Shown in pieces: positions 54,421 through 64,000 of a stretch of 64,000 nucleotides of DNA. Both the position numbers and the translations under genes were made by a program. Within the stretch, counting starts at the first letter, position 1; every line of letters starts with the position of its first letter. Source of the DNA: the human T2T-CHM13v2.0 reference genome, Homo sapiens. The notes beneath the pieces are model-generated. The model made no database searches. It saw nothing but the letters and a program-made list of their open reading frames with translations, and was not told where the DNA came from. The DNA is taken from assembly GCF_009914755.1 (NCBI RefSeq), contig NC_060928.1; one strand, written 5' to 3'.

Positions 54421-57400
54421 CATTCTCAGAAACTTGTTTGTGATGTGTGTATTCAACTAACAGAGTTGAACTTTTGTTTTTACAGAGCCGTTTTAAAACA
54501 CTCTTTTTGTGGAATCAGAAAGTGGATATTCGGATGGCTCTGAGGATTTCGTTGGAAGCGGGATTACATATAAAGTCTAGAGAGAAGCATTCTCAGGAAC
54601 TTCTTTGTGATGTTTGCATTGAAGTCACAGAATTGAACATTCACTTTGATAGAGCAGGTTTGAAACACTCATTCTGTAGTATCTGGAAGTGGACATTTCA
54701 AGCGCTTTCAGGCCTATGGTGAGAAAGGAAATATCTTCGAATAAAAACTAGACAGAAGCATCCTCAGAAACTTATTTGTGATGTGTGTCCTCAACTAACA
54801 GAGTTGAAACTTTGTTTTGATACAGCATTTTGGAAACACTCTTTTTGTAGAATCTGCAGGTGGATATTTGGATAGCTTAGAGGGATTCGTTGGAAAGGGG
54901 ATATCTTCATATAAAATCTAGACAGAAGCATTCTCAGAAACTTATTTGTGATGTGTGTCCTCAACTAACAGAGTTGAACCTTGGTTTTGATACAGCATTT
55001 TGGAAACACTCCTTTTGTAGAATCTGCAGGTGGATATGTGGATAGCTCTGAAGATTTCGTTGGAAACGGGAATTTCTTCATATAAAATCAAACAGAAGCA
55101 TTCTCAGAAACTTCTCAGTGATGTTTGCATTCAGCTCATGGAGTTGAACACTTCCTTTCATAGAGCCGGTTTGAAACACTCTTTCTGCACTACCTGGAAG
55201 AGGACATTTCGAGCGCTTTGAGTCCTATGGTGAAAAAGGAAATATCTTCTCATAAAAACCAGAAAGAAGCATTCTCAGAAACTTCTTTGTGTTGTGTGTA
55301 CTCATGTAACAGTGTTGAACCATCCTTTTGACAGAGCAGTTTTGAAACACTCTTTTTGTAGAATCTGCAAGTGGATATTTGGATAGCTTTGAGGATTTCG
55401 TTGGAAACGGGATGACATATAATATCTAGAGAGAAGCATACTCAGGAACTTCTTTGTGATGTTTGCATTCAAGTCACAGAATTGAACATTCCCTTTCATA
55501 GAGCAGGTTTGAAACACTCTTTCTCTAGTATCTGGAAGTGGGCATTTCAAGCGCTTTCAGGCCTATGGAGAGAAAGGAAATACCTTCAAATAAAAACTAG
55601 ACAGAAGCATTCTCAGAAACTTATTTGTGATGTGTGTCCTCAACTAACAGAGTTGAACCTTTGTTTTGATACAGCATTTTGGAAACACTCCTTTTGTAGA
55701 ATCTGCAGGTGGATATTTGGATAACTTTGAAGATTTCGTTGGAAACCGGAATATCTTCATATAAAATCAAGACAGAAGCATTCTCGGAAACATCTCTGTG
55801 ATGTTTGCATTCAACTCAGTAGAGTTGAACACTTCCTTTCATAGAGCAGGTTTGAAACACTCTTTCTGCACTACCTGGAAGCGGACATTTCGAGCGCTTT
55901 GAGGCCTATGGTGAAAAAGGAAATATCTTCTCATAAAAACCAGAAAGAAGCATTCTCAGAAACTTCTTTGTGTTGTGTGTACTCAAGTAACAGTGTTGAA
56001 CCTTCCTTTTGACACAGCAGATTTGAAACACTCTTTTGGTAGAATCTGCAAGTGGATATTTGGATAGCTTTGAGGATTTCGTTGGAAACGGGTTATCTTC
56101 ATATAAAATCCAGACAGGAGCATTCTCAGAAACTTCTTTGTGCTGCATGTCCTCAATTCACAGAGCTGAACCTTTGTTTGGATACAGCATTTTGGAAACA
56201 TTCCTTTAGTAGAATCTGCAAGTTGATATTTAGATAGCTTTGAAGATTTCGTTGGTAACGGGAATATCTTCATAGAAAATCTAGACGGAAGCATTCTCAG
56301 AAACTGCTTTGTGATGTTTGCATTCAAGTCACAGAGTTGAATATTCCCTTTTATAGAGTAGGTTTGAAACACTCTTTCGGCACTACCTGGAAGTGGATAT
56401 TTCGAGCTCTTTGAGGCCTATGGTTAAAAGGAAATATCTTCCCATAAAAACTAGACAGAAGCCATCTCAGAAACTTGTTTGTGATGTGTGTATTCAACTA
56501 CCAGAGTTGAACATTTCTGTTACAGAGCAATTTTAAAACACTCTTTTTGTGGAATCTGAAAGTGGATAATTGGATAGCTTTGTGGATTTCGTTGGAAACG
56601 GGATGACGTATAAAATCTAGAGAGAAGCATTCTCAGGAACTTCTTTCTGATGTTTGCATTCAAGTCACAGAATTGAACATTCCTTTTCATAGTGCAGGTT
56701 TGAAACACTCTTTCTGTAGTATCTGGAAGTGGACATTTCAAGCGCTTTCAGGCCTACGGGGAGAAAGGAAATATCTTCAAATAAAAACTAGACAGAAGGA
56801 TTCTCAGAAACTTATTTGTGATGTGTGTCCTAAACGAACACAGTTGAACCTTTGTTTAGATACAGCATTTTGGAAACACTCCTTTTGTAGGATCTGCAGG
56901 TGGATATTTGGATAGATTTTAAGATTTCGTTGGAAACGGGAGTTTCTTCATAGAAACTCAAGACAGATGCATTCTCAGAAACATCTCTGTGATGTTTGCA
57001 TTCCACTCATAGAGTTGAAAACTTCCTTTCATAGAGCAGGTTTGAAACACTCTTTTTGTAATATTTGGAAGTGGACATTTGCAGCGCTTTGAGGCCTATG
57101 GTGAAAAAGGAAATATCTTCTCATAAAAACCAGAAACAAGCATTCTCAGAAACTTCTTTTTGATGTGTGTACTCAAGTAACAGAGTTGAACCTTCCTTTT
57201 GACACAGCAGTTTTGAAACAATCTTTTTGTAGAATCTGCAAGTGGATATTTGGATAGCTTTGAGGATTTCGTTGGAAACGGGATATCTTCATATAAAATC
57301 TAGACAGAAGCATTCTCAGAAACTTCTTTGTGCTGTATGTCCTCAATTAACAGAGTTGAACCATTGCTTGGATACAGCATTTTGGAAACATTCCTTGAGT

Positions 57401-60400
57401 AGAATCTGCAAGTTGATATTTAGATAGATTTGAAGATTTCGTTGGAAAAGGGAATATCTCCATATAAAATCTAGAGGGAAGCATTCTCAGAAACTGCTTT
57501 GTGATGTTTCCATTCAAGTCACAGAGTTGAATATTCCCTTTTATAGAGCACGTTTGAAACACTCTTTCTGCACTATCTGGAAGTGGACATTTCGAGCGCT
57601 TTGAGGCCTATGGTGAAAAAGGAAATATCTTCCCATAAAAACTAGACAGAAGCATTCTCAGAAACTTGTTTGTGATGTGTGTATTCAACTAACAGAGTTG
57701 AACTTTTGTTTTTACAGAGCCGTTTTAAAACACACTTTTTGTGGAATCAGAAAGTGGATATTCGGATGGCTCTGAGGATTTCGTTGGAAGCGGGATTACA
57801 TATAAAATCTAGAGAGAAGCATTCTCAGGAACTTCTTTGTGATGTTTGCATTGAAGTCACAGAATTGAACATTCACTTTGATAGAGCAGGTTTGAAACAC
57901 TCATTCTGTAGTATCTGGAAGTGGACATTTCAAGCGCTTTCAGGCCTATGGTGAGAAAGGAAATATCTTCGAATAAAAACTAGACAGAAGCATCCTCAGA
58001 AACTTATTTGTGATGTGTGTCCTCAACTAACAGAGTTGAAACTTTGTTTTGATACAGCATTTTGGAAACACTCTTTTTGTAGAATCTGCAGGTGGATATT
58101 TGGATAGCTTAGAGGGATTCGTTGGAAAGGGGATATCTTCATATAAAATCTAGACAGAAGCATTCTCAGAAACTTATTTGTGATGTGTGTCCTCAACTAA
58201 CAGAGTTGAACCTTGGTTTTGATACAGCATTTTGGAAACACTCCTTTTGTAGAATCTGCAGGTGGATATGTGGATAGCTCTGAAGATTTCGTTGGAAACG
58301 GGAATTTCTTCATATAAAATCAAACAGAAGCATTCTCAGAAACTTCTCAGTGATGTTTGCATTCAGCTCATGGAGTTGAACACTTCCTTTCATAGAGCCG
58401 GTTTGAAACACTCTTTCTGCACTACCTGGAAGAGGACATTTCGAGCGCTTTGAGTCCTATGGTGAAAAAGGAAATATCTTCTCATAAAAACCAGAAAGAA
58501 GCATTCTCAGAAACTTCTTTGTGTTGTGTGTACTCATGTAACAGTGTTGAACCATCCTTTTGACAGAGCAGTTTTGAAACACTCTTTTTGTAGAATCTGC
58601 AAGTGGATATTTGGATAGCTTTGAGGATTTCGTTGGAAACGGGATGACATATAATATCTAGAGAGAAGCATACTCAGGAACTTCTTTGTGATGTTTGCAT
58701 TCAAGTCACAGAATTGAACATTCCCTTTCATAGAGCAGGTTTGAAACACTCTTTCTCTAGTATCTGGAAGTGGGCATTTCAAGCGCTTTCAGGCCTATGG
58801 AGAGAAAGGAAATACCTTCAAATAAAAACTAGACAGAAGCATTCTCAGAAACTTATTTGTGATGTGTGTCCTCAACTAACAGAGTTGAACCTTTGTTTTG
58901 ATACAGCATTTTGGAAACACTCCTTTTGTAGAATCTGCAGGTGGATATTTGGATAACTTTGAAGATTTCGTTGGAAACCGGAATATCTTCATATAAAATC
59001 AAGACAGAAGCATTCTCGGAAACATCTCTGTGATGTTTGCATTCAACTCAGTAGAGTTGAACACTTCCTTTCATAGAGCAGGTTTGAAACACTCTTTCTG
59101 CACTACCTGGAAGCGGACATTTCGAGCGCTTTGAGGCCTATGGTGAAAAAGGAAATATCTTCTCATAAAAACCAGAAAGAAGCATTCTCAGAAACTTCTT
59201 TGTGTTGTGTGTACTCAAGTAACAGTGTTGAACCTTCCTTTTGACACAGCAGTTTTGAAACACTCTTTTGGTAGAATCTGCAAGTGGATATTTGGATAGC
59301 TTTGAGGATTTCGTTGGAAACGGGTTATCTTCATATAAAATCCAGACAGGAGCATTCTCAGAAACTTCTTTGTGCTGCATGTCCTCAATTCACAGAGCTG
59401 AACCTTTGTTTGGATACAGCATTTTGGAAACATTCCTTTAGTAGAATCTGCAAGTTGATATTTAGATAGCTTTGAAGATTTCGTTGGAAACGGGAATATC
59501 TTCATAGAAAATCTAGACGGAAGCATTCTCAGAAACTGCTTTGTGATGTTTGCATTCAAGTCACAGAGTTGAATATTCCCTTTTATAGAGTAGGTTTGAA
59601 ACACTCTTTCGGCACTACCTGGAAGTGGATATTTCGAGCTCTTTGAGGCCTATGGTTAAAAGGAAATATCTTCCCATAAAAACTAGACAGAAGCCGTCTC
59701 AGAAACTTGTTTGTGATGTGTGTATTCAACTACCAGAGTTGAACATTTCTGTTACAGAGCAATTTTAAAACACTCTTTTTGTGGAATCTGAAAGTGGATA
59801 ATTGGATAGCTTTGTGGATTTCGTTGGAAACGGGATGACGTATAAAATCTAGAGAGAAGCATTCTCAGGAACTTCTTTCTGATGTTTGCATTCAAGTCAC
59901 AGAATTGAACATTCCTTTTCATAGTGCAGGTTTGAAACACTCTTTCTGTAGTATCTGGAAGTGGACATTTCAAGCGCTTTCAGGCCTACGGGGAGAAAGG
60001 AAATATCTTCAAATAAAAACTAGACAGAAGGATTCTCAGAAACTTATTTGTGATGTGTGTCCTAAACGAACACAGTTGAACCTTTGTTTTGATACAGCAT
60101 TTTGGAAACACTCCTTTTGTAGGATCTGCAGGTGGATATTTGGATAGATTTTAAGATTTCGTTGGAAACGGGAGTTTCTTCATAGAAACTCAAGACAGAT
60201 GCATTCTCAGAAACATCTCTGTGATGTTTGCATTCCACTCATAGAGTTGAAAACTTCCTTTCATAGAGCAGGTTTGAAACACTCTTTTTGTAATATTTGG
60301 AAGTGGACATTTGCAGCGCTTTGAGGCCTATGGTGAAAAAGGAAATATCTTCTCATAAAAACCAGAAACAAGCATTCTCAGAAACTTCTTTTTGATGTGT

Positions 60401-63400
60401 GTACTCAAGTAACAGAGTTGAACCTTCCTTTTGACACAGCAGTTTTGAAACAATCTTTTTGTAGAATCTGCAAGTGGATATTTGGATAGCTTTGAGGATT
60501 TCGTTGGAAACGGGATATCTTCATATAAAATCTAGACAGAAGCATTCTCAGAAACTTCTTTGTGCTGTATGTCCTCAATTAACAGAGTTGAACCATTGCT
60601 TGGATACAGCATTTTGGAAACATTCCTTGAGTAGAATCTGCAAGTTGATATTTAGATAGATTTGAAGATTTCGTTGGAAAAGGGAATATCTCCATATAAA
60701 ATCTAGAGGGAAGCATTCTCAGAAACTGCTTTGTGATGTTTCCATTCAAGTCACAGAGTTGAATATTCCCTTTTATAGAGCACGTTTGAAACACTCTTTC
60801 TGCACTATCTGGAAGTGGACATTTCGAGCGCTTTGAGGCCTATGGTGAAAAAGGAAATATCTTCCCATAAAAACTAGACAGAAGCATTCTCAGAAACTTG
60901 TTTGTGATGTGTGTATTCAACTAACAGAGTTGAACTTTTGTTTTTACAGAGCCGTTTTAAAACACTCTTTTTGTGGAATCAGAAAGTGGATATTCGGATG
61001 GCTCTGAGGATTTCGTTGGAAGCGGGATTACATATAAAATCTAGAGAGAAGCATTCTCAGGAACTTCTTTGTGATGTTTGCATTGAAGTCACAGAATTGA
61101 ACATTCACTTTGATAGAGCAGGTTTGAAACACTCATTCTGTAGTATCTGGAAGTGGACATTTCAAGCGCTTTCAGGCCTATGGTGAGAAAGGAAATATCT
61201 TCGAATAAAAACTAGACAGAAGCATCCTCAGAAACTTATTTGTGATGTGTGTCCTCAACTAACAGAGTTGAAACTTTGTTTTGATACAGCATTTTGGAAA
61301 CACTCTTTTTGTAGAATCTGCAGGTGGATATTTGGATAGCTTAGAGGGATTCGTTGGAAAGGGGATATCTTCATATAAAATCTAGACAGAAGCATTCTCA
61401 GAAACTTATTTGTGATGTGTGTCCTCAACTAACAGAGTTGAACCTTGGTTTTGATACAGCATTTTGGAAACACTCCTTTTGTAGAATCTGCAGGTGGATA
61501 TGTGGATAGCTCTGAAGATTTCGTTGGAAACGGGAATTTCTTCATATAAAATCAAACAGAAGCATTCTCAGAAACTTCTCAGTGATGTTTGCATTCAGCT
61601 CATGGAGTTGAACACTTCCTTTCATAGAGCCGGTTTGAAACACTCTTTCTGCACTACCTGGAAGAGGACATTTCGAGCGCTTTGAGTCCTATGGTGAAAA
61701 AGGAAATATCTTCTCATAAAAACCAGAAAGAAGCATTCTCAGAAACTTCTTTGTGTTGTGTGTACTCATGTAACAGTGTTGAACCATCCTTTTGACAGAG
61801 CAGTTTTGAAACACTCTTTTTGTAGAATCTGCAAGTGGATATTTGGATAGCTTTGAGGATTTCGTTGGAAACGGGATGACATATAATATCTAGAGAGAAG
61901 CATACTCAGGAACTTCTTTGTGATGTTTGCATTCAAGTCACAGAATTGAACATTCCCTTTCATAGAGCAGGTTTGAAACACTCTTTCTCTAGTATCTGGA
62001 AGTGGGCATTTCAAGCGCTTTCAGGCCTATGGAGAGAAAGGAAATACCTTCAAATAAAAACTAGACAGAAGCATTCTCAGAAACTTATTTGTGATGTGTG
62101 TCCTCAACTAACAGAGTTGAACCTTTGTTTTGATACAGCATTTTGGAAACACTCCTTTTGTAGAATCTGCAGGTGGATATTTGGATAACTTTGAAGATTT
62201 CGTTGGAAACCGGAATATCTTCATATAAAATCAAGACAGAAGCATTCTCGGAAACATCTCTGTGATGTTTGCATTCAACTCAGTAGAGTTGAACACTTCC
62301 TTTCATAGAGCAGGTTTGAAACACTCTTTCTGCACTACCTGGAAGCGGACATTTCGAGCGCTTTGAGGCCTATGGTGAAAAAGGAAATATCTTCTCATAA
62401 AAACCAGAAAGAAGCATTCTCAGAAACTTCTTTGTGTTGTGTGTACTCAAGTAACAGTGTTGAACCTTCCTTTTGACACAGCAGTTTTGAAACACTCTTT
62501 TGGTAGAATCTGCAAGTGGATATTTGGATAGGTTTGAGGATTTCGTTGGAAACGGGTTATCTTCATATAAAATCCAGACAGGAGCATTCTCAGAAACTTC
62601 TTTGTGCTGCATGTCCTCAATTCACAGAGCTGAACCTTTGTTTGGATACAGCATTTTGGAAACATTCCTTTAGTAGAATCTGCAAGTTGATATTTAGATA
62701 GCTTTGAAGATTTCGTTGGAAACGGGAATATCTTCATAGAAAATCTAGACGGAAGCATTCTCAGAAACTGCTTTGTGATGTTTGCATTCAAGTCACAGAG
62801 TTGAATATTCCCTTTTATAGAGTAGGTTTGAAACACTCTTTCGGCACTACCTGGAAGTGGATATTTCGAGCTCTTTGAGGCCTATGGTTAAAAGGAAATA
62901 TCTTCCCATAAAAACTAGACAGAAGCCGACTCAGAAACTTGTTTGTGATGTGTGTATTCAACTACCAGAGTTGAACATTTCTGTTACAGAGCAATTTTAA
63001 AACACTCTTTTTGTGGAATCTGAAAGTGGATAATTGGATATCTTTGTGGATTTCGTTGGAAACGGGATGACGTATAAAATCTAGAGAGAAGCATTCTCAG
63101 GAACTTCTTTCTGATGTTTGCATTCAAGTCACAGAATTGAACATTCCTTTTCATAGTGCAGGTTTGAAACACTCTTTCTGTAGTATCTGGAAGTGGACAT
63201 TTCAAGCGCTTTCAGGCCTACGGGGAGAAAGGAAATATCTTCAAATAAAAACTAGACAGAAGGATTCTCAGAAACTTATTTGTGATGTGTGTCCTAAACG
63301 AACACAGTTGAACCTTTGTTTTGATACAGCATTTTGGAAACACTCCTTTTGTAGGATCTGCAGGTGGATATTTGGATAGATTTTAAGATTTCGTTGGAAA

Positions 63401-64000
63401 CGGGAGTTTCTTCATAGAAACTCAAGACAGATGCATTCTCAGAAACATCTCTGTGATGTTTGCATTCCACTCATAGAGTTGAAAACTTCCTTTCATAGAG
63501 CAGGTTTGAAACACTCTTTTTGTAATATTTGGAAGTGGACATTTGCAGCGCTTTGAGGCCTATGGTGAAAAAGGAAATATCTTCTCATAAAAACCAGAAA
63601 CAAGCATTCTCAGAAACTTCTTTTTGATGTGTGTACTCAAGTAACAGAGTTGAACCTTCCTTTTGACACAGCAGTTTTGAAACAATCTTTTTGTAGAATC
63701 TGCAAGTGGATATTTGGATAGCTTTGAGGATTTCGTTGGAAACGGGATATCTTCATATAAAATCTAGACAGAAGCATTCTCAGAAACTTCTTTGTGCTGT
63801 ATGTCCTCAATTAACAGAGTTGAACCATTGCTTGGATACAGCATTTTGGAAACATTCCTTGAGTAGAATCTGCAAGTTGATATTGAGATAGATTTGAAGA
63901 TTTCGTTGGAAAAGGGAATATCTCCATATAAAATCTAGACGGAAGCATTCTCAGAAACTGCTTTGTGATGTTTCCATTCAAGTCACAGAGTTGAATATTC
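54421..64000 (+). repeat. Two canonical 19-mers (start 54421, 57653) plus a third from 60885, cut in m19 by the window end
   Basis: Anchors 54447, 57679, 60911 at 3,232-bp spacing. Confidence 0.94.

Larger units (their letters stand above)
1..64000 (+). repeat. Centromeric alpha-satellite HOR array, 19-mer/3,232 bp canonical unit, probably human chr4 D4Z1 (S2C4H1L)
   Basis: Tandem ~171-bp monomers beginning (AG)CATTCTCAGAAAC throughout, with CENP-B box or pJalpha motif at the same monomer position. Identical translated ORFs recur at 3,232 bp (1221/4453, 5640/8872/12104). Alpha-satellite is certain; the D4Z1 identity rests on recalled 19-mer/3.2 kb size. Confidence 0.97.

Noticed and set aside
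204-63891. About 190 short ORFs (61-129 aa) on both strands, recurring almost identically
   Set aside because: They are chance translations of alpha-satellite monomers. They overlap in several frames, many start at GTG/TTG, they show no recognisable domain, and single SNPs create or destroy them. I used them only as coordinate anchors.
1-64000. CRISPR-like appearance from the conserved AGAAGCATTCTCAGAAACTT block every ~170 bp
   Set aside because: The intervening sequences are homologous monomer bodies, not unique spacers, and there are no cas genes.
1-64000. Possible L1/Alu insertion, inversion or unique sequence island
   Set aside because: All anchor spacings are exact sums of monomer lengths and all monomers read in the same orientation, leaving no unexplained sequence.
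1-64000. A previously undescribed gene-encoded biological system
   Set aside because: Nothing in the sequence supports one. The potentially new content is limited to the rearrangement history and CENP-B box architecture of a known satellite class.

Overview
The whole 64 kb window is one uninterrupted, single-orientation array of primate centromeric alpha-satellite, about 376 monomers of 166-172 bp. It is organised as a 3,232-bp 19-monomer higher-order repeat (HOR). The 19-mer/3.2 kb period and SF2-like monomers best fit the human chromosome 4 array D4Z1 (S2C4H1L); this assignment is from recall, not a search. I found no genes, transposon insertions, inversions or unique sequence, and the ORF track is only translated satellite. 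I see no new protein-coding system here. The real signal is structural. Using my own monomer numbering (m1 = CATTCTCAGAAACTTGTTTGTGATGTGTGTATTC...), the unit order is 6-19-7-19-19-18-19-19-19v-6-19-18-19-6-19-6-19-18-19-19-6-19-19-(19 partial), so 10 of 23 complete units are structural variants. SNP haplotypes resolve nested duplications at offsets of 4,419, 14,792 and 31,800 bp, hybrid monomers with mappable 15-33 bp junction identities, short conversion-like tracts, and CENP-B box losses. All comparisons were done by eye and should be confirmed by alignment.
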